Part shown: piece after piece, positions 20,085-30,487 of the stretch | Layout: the number at the start of each line of letters is the position of its first letter | Numbering within the stretch: position 1 is the stretch's first letter | Notes under the pieces: generated by a model | The model's input: only the letters and a program-made list of their open reading frames with translations | Databases searched by the model: none | What the model was told of the DNA's origin: nothing | IMG/VR virus record: IMGVR_UViG_3300042515_001753 | Span: 1 to 64,000 of that record | Reading direction: 5' to 3' (one strand) | DNA: 64,000 nucleotides | Position numbers and translations under genes: made by a program

Positions 20085-20782
20085 TTTTCAAAAATAAAAT
20101 TTGCAACTTGTAGAGTATATTTCCCACAATGAATTGTAAAAGGATCTGGTTCAGAATAATCACAAGAACCTATCAGAGTTAAACCCGTCGATTCAATCAG
20201 TTTAACAACTAATTCCGGTTTAATAAACTCACCAAATTTATTTTCAACATCAACATCAGAAACAATAATAAATTTACCGCCAGGTTTGAGGACTCTATAA
20301 ACTTGTTCTGCAATATCTTTCCATCCCTGATTATTAATTTTATTAGTATGAGATCCATTAAAATGTGTTACAGCGCAAGAATCTACAAAATAATCTACTG
20401 AATTATTTTCCATATCCTTAACTTCGGCAAGAGCATCATTCAAAACCATCCGAACTAAACTTCCGGAAAATGAATGACTAACATCGCTAATATCAATTCC
20501 GGTTACATCATGACCCAATGAAGAGATGATGTGAGGTAGGGGAGAACTAGAACATCCAAGATCTACGACAGTTTTTTCAGTTTGATCTAGTTTTTCAAAA
20601 TAATCTGCGATTAAACACCACTTCATCAAAGCATCATCATTTTCCCAAGTAACATGGGGAAATTTTTGAAGATACCCATACTCTTTAACTTTACTTCTAC
20701 AAAACTCTAAATCAATTGCATTCAATAATTTACTATTAAAATTCATTTCAAACAACCTCTTTCCACTGTGCTGAGTTTTCAA
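20081..20782 (-). CDS. SAM-dependent methyltransferase
   Basis: VDLGCS, RVLKPGGKF. Confidence 0.85.
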   Translation of the reverse strand: MKTQHSGKRLFEMNFNSKLLNAIDLEFCRSKVKEYGYLQKFPHVTWENDDALMKWCLIADYFEKLDQTEKTVVDLGCSSSPLPHIISSLGHDVTGIDISDVSHSFSGSLVRMVLNDALAEVKDMENNSVDYFVDSCAVTHFNGSHTNKINNQGWKDIAEQVYRVLKPGGKFIIVSDVDVENKFGEFIKPELVVKLIESTGLTLIGSCDYSEPDPFTIHCGKYTLQVANFIFEK

Positions 20783-21431
20783 TAACCTCCATATCAGTAA
20801 TCAATCCAACTCCAACAATATCTTCGTGATACTCTGAGGTAACATCAGTATATGTTGGAACATATAATTTAACCCCATTTAATGCTCCCATAACTTCTCC
20901 AGGTCCACAAATTTTTCCACCACAAACATCATACTTAGCATGTGAAACATATGGGTTTTGGAAGTCGTCAATAAAAATTGTATAATTTTTAAAATTAGTA
21001 GTTACAAAATTGACTTCATCAAACAAGGGCCAGGAATACATATGCTGTCCGTTTTCCATCCACTCCCCATGTGCATCGAACCAAAAAACGGTTTTCTTAT
21101 CTTTTAGATCTGGTTCTTTAGCAAAGACATAATGAAGAATTTCTGGTGATGGCATTTTTTGCATATCAACATTCTTAAAATCCTTTAAGATATCATAAGA
21201 CACCGAATATCTGTAGTCATCAATCTCACAGGTATATACCTTTTTGTCCGAAAAATTATCAGCAATAAAATAGGAACTTTCAGCATAAGCAGTTCCGGTT
21301 TCAATAAAAATATCCGAATCTTTCATACACTCATAAACAGTATCAATAATGTAAGTGTCTCCATGAAAGGGATTACCATGCTCCCAACCTGCGGGATCTT
21401 TACTAAAGTTGGCTATTTTGTATTTTGCCAT
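20748..21431 (-). CDS. Methyltransferase-like protein
   Basis: FIETGT, FWFDAH, IFIDD. Confidence 0.65.
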   Translation of the reverse strand: MAKYKIANFSKDPAGWEHGNPFHGDTYIIDTVYECMKDSDIFIETGTAYAESSYFIADNFSDKKVYTCEIDDYRYSVSYDILKDFKNVDMQKMPSPEILHYVFAKEPDLKDKKTVFWFDAHGEWMENGQHMYSWPLFDEVNFVTTNFKNYTIFIDDFQNPYVSHAKYDVCGGKICGPGEVMGALNGVKLYVPTYTDVTSEYHEDIVGVGLITDMEVIENSAQWKEVV

Positions 21432-22159
21432 TTTCCTCCGTAATTAGTTGAATAAAGTTCTCTATGTTGATGCAATAATGGATGACCAGAGTTTTTCCAA
21501 TTTGGATTTCTGATACACTCGGTTTGGTCTGGATTATCTGTATAAGTATACCCAAATAAAGAAAAAAGAAAAGCGAGTAAGTAATCGTAACAAATCATTC
21601 TTGGATCTAATTCCAAACCACCAGAAAGTTTATCAAGATCATTCATCAACTTATCATACATCCCATAAAATGAAGATGTTTTCATGATACCGCCAGCGGG
21701 TCCCCAAGTTCCATTATTTTTACCTCCATTCATTATAACATATTTCTGAATGATTTTGGGCATTACATTCGCCGTTGGTCCAACAAGATCAGCATCAAAT
21801 GGATGCAACTCTCCTCTTACCAAAACATCTGGTTCCATCAAAACCATATATTCGGTTTTACAAAAGTCACATCCATTTTTTAGTCTTCTCAAAAACTCAA
21901 GTGAGATTCCCATAAAAAGGTCAATATCTCCAGAGTTTTCTCTAATATATTGATCTACATCTCTAGCAATACCAACTACCTCCATAGTTTCTTTTATAGT
22001 CTCAATATTTCCAAAATTTTCTTTTAGATAAGAAAAATCTAAACCATTATCAGAAACAAGGTAAATTGGATTTTCTGGGTAAAATTGTCTAAATTTTTCC
22101 AAAGAATACTCAATCGCCGCTTGTTCTTTGTAGCAGATATAAAATACACCTAAGTCCAT
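21413..22159 (-). CDS. GT-A-like glycosyltransferase
   Basis: LVSDNG, LMEPDV. Confidence 0.6.
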   Translation of the reverse strand: MDLGVFYICYKEQAAIEYSLEKFRQFYPENPIYLVSDNGLDFSYLKENFGNIETIKETMEVVGIARDVDQYIRENSGDIDLFMGISLEFLRRLKNGCDFCKTEYMVLMEPDVLVRGELHPFDADLVGPTANVMPKIIQKYVIMNGGKNNGTWGPAGGIMKTSSFYGMYDKLMNDLDKLSGGLELDPRMICYDYLLAFLFSLFGYTYTDNPDQTECIRNPNWKNSGHPLLHQHRELYSTNYGGKWQNTK

Positions 22160-22160
22160 A

Positions 22161-23651
22161 CTATTTAATTACTAAAAGAATGTTATTATCAATATGATTA
22201 TTTGAATTTGGAAGATTCATCAATTTAATATAATCTAAAGAATACTCATTTTTCAAGTTTAAAAGTATTGCTTTAAATGAATCATAAGTTGAAATGGTTA
22301 AATCTTCTACAATAAAAATGCCACCTGGTTTAAGTTTATAAATGGACTCTTTAAAAAAGTTTAGATTGGAAATAAATTCGTGCTTTCCATCATCAATAAT
22401 CACATCAAACTCAATATCATTAAGAGAATCATTTTTCCACATATTTTGAATTGACTGTGGATTATCTTGGTTACAATAAAAATATTCAACATCAAGATCT
22501 GAAATGGTTAAAAACGTTTCTTCATCAACATCTGCGGCATAAATTTTTGCCTTTGAGAAATATTCTCTCCAGCTCTTTATTGAAGACCCGTGATAAATTC
22601 CCACTTCAAAAAAGTTAATTTTTTCGTCTCTAAAATTCTTAAAAAAGTAATTATAAAGAGCAGAGTAATTATGCCAATTCGAGCACTTGTCTGATCCATG
22701 CTTCTCAAGGATACTGCAAAGGTCAGTTCTGTTTGCTAACTTATCTAAATCTAAAAATGAAAGAATTTCATTCTCAGCAATTTCAAGTGAAGTATTTTCC
22801 ATGTAGTTTAATAATTCAGTATTTTTTAATTCGCTAATACCAGTAAAATGGTAGTTATCATTATTTACACCACTCCAAAGGAATGGTCTATTTTCGTATC
22901 TTAACACCCGATATAAGAAAGAAAATCTTGGAAAAGTTCTAGGTAATTTTCCATCTAGTATATATCGGTACACCAAACAGTTCAAAACATCTTGATCGCC
23001 ACAAGACCATTGAAATTCTGGGTCTGGATTATGATTAGGACTCTTTGCGATTAAATCTTTATTCTTACATAAGTCAAGATACTCAGAAATAAATTGTCTT
23101 CCAAAATTATTATTTCTTACCAAGACTCTTGCAGCATTGATGAGATGTGAATTTTTCACTACTCGTTTTTCATCTTCACTGAAGAAATAATCTAATGTAT
23201 ATTCTTTGACAGATGACTTTACATAACAACCTTCCCTTTCCATCTGAAACCAAACATCACTTGAGTTCTCACTCAACATAGTTTCAGAAATGGATGTAAT
23301 GTTCTCCCAATCAGTTTGCCAATACTGTTCGTTCTTAATAAAATTACCATCGTGATATAAAAGTAAAGAACCCTCTGGAATGTTCTTTAATGTATAGTCA
23401 ATCAGAAATGGTTTAAAGTCAAAATAACCAAAATTATGAACGTGAGTGTTTTGGTCTAAAGGTTCATCATAACAATTACAAATGTCTTCACTATTAGGAA
23501 GAAGTTTTAAAGTTCGTTTTGTATGAACAAAAATATCTTCAAAAAATGGTGCTAAACGTTCTTTAATTTGGTTAGATGTTTCTAATAAAGAAAATCCCTC
23601 ATCATATGGTGGACCTTCGGAGCAAAAAGATAATAGATACATAATAATCAA
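22161..23651 (-). CDS. Fusion: GT-like N-terminal domain + class I methyltransferase
   Basis: FKPFLI..YHDG..DQDVL, then GSDK..HNY, FEVGI, IIDDGKH, LKPGGIFIVED. Confidence 0.7.
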   Translation of the reverse strand: MIIMYLLSFCSEGPPYDEGFSLLETSNQIKERLAPFFEDIFVHTKRTLKLLPNSEDICNCYDEPLDQNTHVHNFGYFDFKPFLIDYTLKNIPEGSLLLYHDGNFIKNEQYWQTDWENITSISETMLSENSSDVWFQMEREGCYVKSSVKEYTLDYFFSEDEKRVVKNSHLINAARVLVRNNNFGRQFISEYLDLCKNKDLIAKSPNHNPDPEFQWSCGDQDVLNCLVYRYILDGKLPRTFPRFSFLYRVLRYENRPFLWSGVNNDNYHFTGISELKNTELLNYMENTSLEIAENEILSFLDLDKLANRTDLCSILEKHGSDKCSNWHNYSALYNYFFKNFRDEKINFFEVGIYHGSSIKSWREYFSKAKIYAADVDEETFLTISDLDVEYFYCNQDNPQSIQNMWKNDSLNDIEFDVIIDDGKHEFISNLNFFKESIYKLKPGGIFIVEDLTISTYDSFKAILLNLKNEYSLDYIKLMNLPNSNNHIDNNILLVIK

Positions 23652-24646
23652 TAATTAACTACTTCAATAAGTTCTTTAACTCTGCTTATATAAGTATGAT
23701 TTTCTTTAACAAAAAGCATTTGAGATTTAATTAAGTCATAGTTCTCTTTTTCTTTTTGAGCATCAAAGAATAATTGATATGTATCCTCATTATAAATGAT
23801 ATTACCATCAAAAAATTCATATACTGGTTTTGAATTAGTAACTCCCAGTTGACCATAACTAATGTTTTTGAAATTCCTACAAGGAATATAACCCCACTCT
23901 TTAAATGCTTTGTGTCTTACATCGGGCGCAAGATAAGATTTTTGAATTATTTTCCTCTGTTCTTCAAAAGATTGAGGACTAATCCAAGGGCAGTTATACT
24001 TAAATTCAATACCACCCTCTTCACAAGCCCGAATAAAAGGATTTAAATAAACTAAGTTATCATACTCGGGTGGTGCAGTTTTACAATCTTTTGGACCACC
24101 CTGCCCGCCGCCAATTGTTCCAGCAAAGAAGACATAATTTTCTTTGGGAATATACATATCTTCTAAATTTATTTCATCGGGCAATAAGTCAGTTGCCCAA
24201 GTTGTATAAAAATAATCATATTCCGAACCTTTCTCAAAATAACAACCAGAACCAATCTTTGCTGCTTTACTGCGGTCTAAAGAATAGTTGTAATTTTTAT
24301 CAACCCATTTATCAGCATTATATCTAACATCAATCAATCGTCCAACCTTACCAAGATAAGCGCCTGCTCCAGGATTACCTTCTACACGATTATCTTTGTT
24401 TCCAATATAATGAACTGCATAAGTAGAGTTGCTAAACAGTGGAATATTTGGATTTCCAATAACTGCCCACTGTTCAGTAAAAATCAAAGCATCATTGAAT
24501 ATTTGAGGATCAAAATTATCTGAACCATCAATCCAATAAGTTTCATATCCTAGTGCCTTAAAAGCATTATAATATCCGGAATGAATATATGAATGTGTAT
24601 GAGAATATAATTTATATCCCCACACAATAACTCTTTTATGTTTCAA
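23648..24646 (-). CDS. GT-B-like protein
   Basis: HTHSYIH, GYIPCR, HTYISR C-terminus. Confidence 0.55.
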   Translation of the reverse strand: MKHKRVIVWGYKLYSHTHSYIHSGYYNAFKALGYETYWIDGSDNFDPQIFNDALIFTEQWAVIGNPNIPLFSNSTYAVHYIGNKDNRVEGNPGAGAYLGKVGRLIDVRYNADKWVDKNYNYSLDRSKAAKIGSGCYFEKGSEYDYFYTTWATDLLPDEINLEDMYIPKENYVFFAGTIGGGQGGPKDCKTAPPEYDNLVYLNPFIRACEEGGIEFKYNCPWISPQSFEEQRKIIQKSYLAPDVRHKAFKEWGYIPCRNFKNISYGQLGVTNSKPVYEFFDGNIIYNEDTYQLFFDAQKEKENYDLIKSQMLFVKENHTYISRVKELIEVVNY

Positions 24647-25386
24647 AATGATACCCCCAAATCTAATGACTTTGTTTTAATTTGATTATTTTTTAAATGA
24701 TTTCTAAGTAATAGTTCAACACACCAAATATTTTCTTCAGACATTACTTGATGATAAACTGGTTCAAAATGATAATATAGACTACTCCAAACATTCATAA
24801 TTTTAGGAGATCCCATTCCAAACCAATCACTAATCATACCTGAAGGTTGATTTAAATCTTGATAATATAAGATATCTGATTCAAATTTTGAATTTAAAAA
24901 ATCTATCTTAACAGAAGGGCTTACATCATATCTTAAAGTAATTACAAAATCATACTTTACATTATTTTCAATAGAATAATTTTCCCTAAGAAAATTGACC
25001 ACCATTTTACTATAGCATTGACTATGGCATCTATCAATAGTATACTTTTCAAAAAATTCTATTCCATTTGGATCATCCAACCCATAATCAAAACATTTTT
25101 TAATGTTTTCTTCTGTTACTTTAATATTTGAATTTTCCCAAAGTTTTGGTTTTTCAAAGTAAAAAGATTTTGGAGCATAGATATCTAAAAGTTTTTTATC
25201 CATATCAATGTCACAAGATCTACCCCAATGCCCTGGAGTTCTTTTGCCATAATCTAGATTATTAGGATCATACCAACAATGTAGAAAAACGTCTACATCA
25301 TTACCATCTATGAGAGTTTGTTTAATTCTTTGAGAAGTTTGTATGGCATTACGTGGTTGACCAGACAAACATAATGCAATTTTCAT
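24643..25386 (-). CDS. Putative glycosyltransferase-like protein
   Basis: KIALCLSGQPR, DVFLHCW, LRYD. Confidence 0.55.
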   Translation of the reverse strand: MKIALCLSGQPRNAIQTSQRIKQTLIDGNDVDVFLHCWYDPNNLDYGKRTPGHWGRSCDIDMDKKLLDIYAPKSFYFEKPKLWENSNIKVTEENIKKCFDYGLDDPNGIEFFEKYTIDRCHSQCYSKMVVNFLRENYSIENNVKYDFVITLRYDVSPSVKIDFLNSKFESDILYYQDLNQPSGMISDWFGMGSPKIMNVWSSLYYHFEPVYHQVMSEENIWCVELLLRNHLKNNQIKTKSLDLGVSF

Positions 25387-26372
25387 AAGGAAATTTCTTT
25401 TACCACTTTTTTAATTAAAAATTCAATATTTGTATTAGGTTCCCATCCCAAAATTTGTTTTGCTTTTTGATAAGTTCCCTTAGAATATTTATTGGTTTCT
25501 TTTGCAACAATTTGCTTATCGAGTGAATAAAACCCATCGAATAGTTCTGGATAATTATCCCAAAGTTTTGATGCTTCTCTATAAATTGGTTTAATATTTG
25601 TGTTAAACACTTCACAGATATAACTTGCGATTTGATTTACAGAAACAAGTGTCCCCGTACAAACATTAAAGGTATCATCTGGTTTTTTCTCTAAACATAA
25701 ATCAATCAATTTGACAACATCATCAACATGAATATAATCTCTACTCTGTTCACCATTAGAATGTAGTATTGGAGAATTATTATTCATAATTTCCCTAACA
25801 ATATAGTTAATCAAAGGTGGGTGTTTTCTATGAATATCTTGTCTTGGACCAAATACATTAAAAAATCTGAGTGTAGTAACTGGCATACCATAATTTAATC
25901 GGTATGATTCGCAAACTTCCTCAGACATTTTTTTAGATAAAGAATACCAAAGTCTTGGATTTACTTTTAAATCTTCAGTAAAAACTTTTTCTTTATTATT
26001 CTCGTAAACTGCACTTGTACTTGCAAAAATTACATGGGGAACATTCCATTTCCTAGCACATTCAAGAATATTCATTGTGCCAGAAACATTTACATTAATA
26101 GTTTCAACTGCATTAGTTTCACAATCAGGAAGTGCGGTAATAGCGGCAAGATGAATAATACAATCATAATCATCTTTGATTAATTCATTTAGATTAGAAT
26201 TACAAATACTAAGATTATAAAATTTTCCAAAAGTTTCACCGTTAATGGTTAAATTTTCCAAATATCCATTTCTTAAATTATCAATAAATGTAAGTATGTG
26301 TCCTTTTTTATATAAGTAATATCCTAAAGTAGATCCTATTCCACCTGCCGCTCCTGTTAAAAGTATTTTCAT
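25383..26372 (-). CDS. NAD-dependent epimerase/dehydratase
   Basis: LTGAAGGIGS, YSLSK, RFFNVFGP. Confidence 0.9.
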   Translation of the reverse strand: MKILLTGAAGGIGSTLGYYLYKKGHILTFIDNLRNGYLENLTINGETFGKFYNLSICNSNLNELIKDDYDCIIHLAAITALPDCETNAVETINVNVSGTMNILECARKWNVPHVIFASTSAVYENNKEKVFTEDLKVNPRLWYSLSKKMSEEVCESYRLNYGMPVTTLRFFNVFGPRQDIHRKHPPLINYIVREIMNNNSPILHSNGEQSRDYIHVDDVVKLIDLCLEKKPDDTFNVCTGTLVSVNQIASYICEVFNTNIKPIYREASKLWDNYPELFDGFYSLDKQIVAKETNKYSKGTYQKAKQILGWEPNTNIEFLIKKVVKEISL

Positions 26373-27427
26373 TTTAAGAACTCCTTTAAATTATCACTAT
26401 TTCTTGGTATATTAATTGCCTCGCAAGAAGGATATGGATTACTTTTTGCAAAATCATTAATGATCACTCTCTTACAATGAGGTAATCCCATAACTAGTTC
26501 ATCATATAAAATATTTTTTTCTTCTAATTCAGAGACCGTTATATCTTTCATATGTTTTGGTCTACTTGTTGTCAAAATTATTTTTACTTTACCTGATGCA
26601 TATAAAGAATTTAAATAATTAATATTGTCTTGAAGAGGATCGGCATTACCAATATAAGGTGGAAAATGTATAGAAGAGTTTGTTACCAAAGTTCCATCGA
26701 TATCAACAAATAAACACTTATATTGAGATTTATACTTGTTCCAAGATTCAAGCGTTCCCCAATCTTTAAAATTAAAAGTTTTAAGACCATAAAAAGTAGA
26801 ACCAGATAACATCATCTCAAATATAATATGGCTAATATAGCACTCACCTTCCATGTCTTTTAGTTTCTCATAGGTAACACAAAATTCTTTTGCATCAGAG
26901 AAAGCATATCCACCACTGGAAAAAGTAGAACTAATAACTTGTTTTTCTACAATATTAGTTACTATTTCATTAATATCAAGTTCAATATAACTTTTAGTTC
27001 TAGCATTAATATTATCCATATCATTTAAGTCAAAATATGCAATTTGGTTTTTTTCTTCTACCAATTCACATTCATAATATCCATCAGAATCTTTAATAAA
27101 AATGAATCCATCTAATGAATTTTTATTTAAAAAATTATAAACAGTCTCTGACTGAGATTTAGTTTGATTGGATAGTAGAATAATATTTGATTTTTTATTT
27201 AATTGAAGTTCTTCAAGTTCTTCAGTAAAACCTTTTATAAAATTATATTTGTCTTCATGTTCTTGAAGGCAAATAAAATATATACTTTCAAAAAAATCTA
27301 AATTTAATCCTAATATAGATTCCGTAACCATAAATCTATTAGTCATTGGATGTGTTAGCATCCATTTTGGTCTCATATTTGGGAAACGACTAGACCTTCC
27401 CGCCATAGGAATTATTAAAGTCCGCAT
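26369..27427 (-). CDS. Nucleotidyltransferase fused to HAD phosphatase
   Basis: IIPMAGRSSRF..PKW, DWGT, then VDIDGT, TTSR, IIND. Confidence 0.85.
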   Translation of the reverse strand: MRTLIIPMAGRSSRFPNMRPKWMLTHPMTNRFMVTESILGLNLDFFESIYFICLQEHEDKYNFIKGFTEELEELQLNKKSNIILLSNQTKSQSETVYNFLNKNSLDGFIFIKDSDGYYECELVEEKNQIAYFDLNDMDNINARTKSYIELDINEIVTNIVEKQVISSTFSSGGYAFSDAKEFCVTYEKLKDMEGECYISHIIFEMMLSGSTFYGLKTFNFKDWGTLESWNKYKSQYKCLFVDIDGTLVTNSSIHFPPYIGNADPLQDNINYLNSLYASGKVKIILTTSRPKHMKDITVSELEEKNILYDELVMGLPHCKRVIINDFAKSNPYPSCEAINIPRNSDNLKEFLK

Positions 27428-28217
27428 ATAACTTTGACGATTTTACCATTGTATCAAGTATACTTCTTTGATCAGAAAAAGTCAAGTAAGGTTCAATTCT
27501 CAAACTATTCATTGCTTCTAAAATATCAAATTCATCAGTATCAATAAATTTAGAGTATCTATAATAAAGTTGATTCCAGATATGTTTATAAATTTGCTCC
27601 AATCTATTTGACTGTATGTTTTGAGTTTTGATACCCCAGAGATGGTAAAGATCTTGTTTCAATTTGACAAGATCAGAAATAAAACTATCAACATAACAGT
27701 CAAGAAAATCAATAAAAAATAATCTATTTTTATGAAAAATAATATTATTAAAAGTTAAATCTCCATGACAAAAAGTTTTAGGAACATAAACATCTTGCTT
27801 ACCAATTAAAAGTTCAATGTATTCCAAATAATTCTTATAACAAGTTTTATTTTTTAAAAATTTAATTTTTTCATCAATATTTGGTTGAACATTAATCAAT
27901 CGATAGTTTGAAATAAGAGAATCAAAATATTCAAATAAAGTATCAATGACAAATTCTATGTCCTTAATAGAAGATGTAGAAAAAAATTTCACAAAAGATT
28001 TTCCAGGAATGTATTCCATATCAAAATACCCGTCCTGAATATTATGAACTTTGGGGGTATCTATATTCTTTAAAATTCGATGAGAAAATAAAACTTGTTT
28101 ATTAACTTGTAAAGAAAGTCTTGAGTTATAATTGATTGATGAAGAATATTTTCTAAGTACTCTGCTATCAATTAATTCAAGTTTACATCCAGATAATCCT
28201 ACAGAAAAATCTAACAT
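27390..28217 (-). CDS. APH/choline-kinase-like phosphotransferase
   Basis: GLSG, MEYIPG, CHGDLTFNNI, FIDF. Confidence 0.8.
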   Translation of the reverse strand: MLDFSVGLSGCKLELIDSRVLRKYSSSINYNSRLSLQVNKQVLFSHRILKNIDTPKVHNIQDGYFDMEYIPGKSFVKFFSTSSIKDIEFVIDTLFEYFDSLISNYRLINVQPNIDEKIKFLKNKTCYKNYLEYIELLIGKQDVYVPKTFCHGDLTFNNIIFHKNRLFFIDFLDCYVDSFISDLVKLKQDLYHLWGIKTQNIQSNRLEQIYKHIWNQLYYRYSKFIDTDEFDILEAMNSLRIEPYLTFSDQRSILDTMVKSSKLYADFNNSYGGKV

Positions 28218-28260
28218 TGAGGATATTGATAAATTTTATGCTACTTTCATTAGAAATAAT

Positions 28261-29193
28261 TTAAATAATATTTTCCAAATACCACTTATAAGTTGATTGA
28301 ATACCTTCACGAAGACCAATTTTGGGATTCCAACCAAGTGCTTTAATTTTATCCACATTCAAAAGTTTTCTTGGTGTTCCATTTGGTTTTGTTGCATCCC
28401 AATTGATATGACGGTCATAACCAACAACATCAGAAATTGTTTCTGCCAGTTGTTTAATTGTCACATCCTCACCAGTCCCAACATTAATATGTTCTGGATT
28501 ATTATAATTTTTCATAGAAATATAACATGCTTCAGCCAAATCGTCAACATGAAGAAATTCTCTCATAGCAGAACCATCTCCCCATAGTTTCACTTCCCAA
28601 TGTTCGCTATGGTTAAGGGAATTATGAAACTTAGCAATCATCGCAGGAAGAACGTGCCCAGTCTCCCAATCAAAGTTATCATAAGGACCATAAAGATTTG
28701 TAGGCATTAAAGAAATTGCCTTAAACCCATATTGCTTATAATATGCTTGACACATTTTAACGCCAGCAATTTTTGCTATTGCATAAGCATCATTTGTAGG
28801 TTCTAGAGGGCTTGATAATAGTTGATCTTCAGTAATCGGTTGTTTAGCAAGTTTTGGATAAATGCAAGATGAACCAAGAAATAAAAGTTTCTTAACACCA
28901 AAATTATAAGATGAATTAATGATATTATTTTGTATCATTAAGTTATCATATATGAATTCTCCAGGATAATTGTAATTTGCCATAATACCACCAACTTTTG
29001 CAGCGGCAAGAAAAACATATTCAGGTTCTTCTGAGCAAAAATATCTTTCAGTTTCATCTTGATTTGTAAAATCTACATCGTCACGAGTTCCTTTGATGAT
29101 GTTAGTATATCCTTTACTTGCAAGATTTCTGACAATTGCAGATCCAACCATTCCGTTGGCACCTGCAACTAAAATTTTAGAATCACTGTCCAT
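28261..29193 (-). CDS. fcl: GDP-L-fucose synthase
   Basis: [39 protein letters not shown]. Confidence 0.95.
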   Translation of the reverse strand: MDSDSKILVAGANGMVGSAIVRNLASKGYTNIIKGTRDDVDFTNQDETERYFCSEEPEYVFLAAAKVGGIMANYNYPGEFIYDNLMIQNNIINSSYNFGVKKLLFLGSSCIYPKLAKQPITEDQLLSSPLEPTNDAYAIAKIAGVKMCQAYYKQYGFKAISLMPTNLYGPYDNFDWETGHVLPAMIAKFHNSLNHSEHWEVKLWGDGSAMREFLHVDDLAEACYISMKNYNNPEHINVGTGEDVTIKQLAETISDVVGYDRHINWDATKPNGTPRKLLNVDKIKALGWNPKIGLREGIQSTYKWYLENII

Positions 29194-30184
29194 AAATGCA
29201 CATATCCTCAACTAATTGATTAAAAGAAATCTTAGGTTCCCAACCTAATTTTTTCTTTGCCTTAGAGGCATCCCCCAATAAAGTCTCTACTTCAGCAGGT
29301 CTAAAATATTTAGGATTGACTTTAATGACTGCTTTCTTAGTATTCCAATCATATCCCACCTCATCAAGACCTTCACCCATCCATTCAATCTTCATACCAA
29401 AGTAAGGTGCTGCTGCCTCAACGAACTCACGCACCGAGTACTGCTCTCCTGTGGCAATTACATAATCATCTGCCTCATCTTGCTTAAGCATTAACCACAT
29501 CGCCTCTACGAAGTCCTTAGCGTGTCCCCAGTCCCTCTTTGAGTTTAGATTCCCGAGATATAATATATCTTGTTCCCCAGTTGAAATGCGTGATAATCCT
29601 CTAGTGATTTTTCTTGTAACAAAAGTTTCTCCTCTTCTAGGGGATTCGTGATTGAAAAGAATTCCAGAAGATGCATGTAATCCGTAAGATTCTCTGTAGT
29701 TTTTGACGATCCAGTATCCATATAATTTTGCAACTCCATAAGGTGAACGAGGATAAAATGGTGTGGTTTCTTTCTGAGGTATCTCTTGAACTTTACCGAA
29801 CATCTCAGAAGTAGATGCCTGATAAATTCGGGTTTTATTCTCCATACCAAGAAGACGAACTGCCTCAAGAATACGAAGAGTGCCGAGACCATCAACCATA
29901 CCAGTATACTCAGGTATCTCAAAAGACACTTTTACATGACTCTGAGCACCCAGATTATATATTTCATCTGGTTGAACTTGCTGAATAACTCTTACAAGAT
30001 TTGTGGAGTCAGTCAAATCACCATAGTGCAATTTGATTTGATTGTAAATATGATCAATTCTTTGAGTATTGATTTGAGAAGCACGACGAATAATACCATG
30101 AACTTCATATCCTTTCTCTAGGAGAAGTTCGGCAAGATATGATCCGTCTTGACCTGAAATTCCCGAAATTAAAGCAACTTTCAT
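29183..30184 (-). CDS. gmd: GDP-mannose 4,6-dehydratase
   Basis: [39 protein letters not shown]. Confidence 0.97.
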   Translation of the reverse strand: MKVALISGISGQDGSYLAELLLEKGYEVHGIIRRASQINTQRIDHIYNQIKLHYGDLTDSTNLVRVIQQVQPDEIYNLGAQSHVKVSFEIPEYTGMVDGLGTLRILEAVRLLGMENKTRIYQASTSEMFGKVQEIPQKETTPFYPRSPYGVAKLYGYWIVKNYRESYGLHASSGILFNHESPRRGETFVTRKITRGLSRISTGEQDILYLGNLNSKRDWGHAKDFVEAMWLMLKQDEADDYVIATGEQYSVREFVEAAAPYFGMKIEWMGEGLDEVGYDWNTKKAVIKVNPKYFRPAEVETLLGDASKAKKKLGWEPKISFNQLVEDMCIYGQ

Positions 30185-30204
30185 ATAAGAACTACTTTTT
30201 TATT

Positions 30205-30239
30205 ATTATAGCAAAAAAGGAGAGTTTATGCAACTCTCC
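30205..30239 (-). promoter_or_regulatory. Terminator with embedded promoter for the glycan operon
   Basis: GGAGAGTT-GCATA-AACTCTCC-T6 overlapping TTGCAT-17-TATAAT. Confidence 0.75.
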
Positions 30240-30293
30240 TTGTATAGCATGTAATAACCCTTTAATCAAGGGGGAGTTGCGCTTCTCCAGGTT

Positions 30294-30388
30294 GCTCGCC
30301 ACCAATTCTTTGACTGGAAATTGGAAACCAGACGGGAGTAACCTCCATCCGCACCAGTCGTCATTTATATCGCCCATACGACAAGGGC
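30294..30388 (-). ncRNA. wcaG-like RNA motif
   Basis: Two pseudoknot-like units each ending in UGGUG, upstream of gmd/fcl; family name from memory. Confidence 0.65.
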
Positions 30389-30412
30389 ATTAAGGGGTCA
30401 TATTTGACTCCA

Positions 30413-30487
30413 CCAGTACTTTTAGAGTCTCTCCGTGACTAAAGGGGGTTCATCACCGACCAGTACTTTTAGAGACTCTCCGTGTCT
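30413..30487 (-). repeat. Two 28-nt direct repeats (30413-30440, 30460-30487)
   Basis: 26/28 identical; the two differences are compensatory in a stem. Confidence 0.9.

Noticed and set aside
30139-30393. ORFs 30139-30393 and 30192-30377
   Set aside because: They overlie the wcaG-like RNA and terminator, with no protein motifs
30413-30487. Mini CRISPR array
   Set aside because: Two repeats, 19-nt gap, no cas genes; covariation points to a structured RNA
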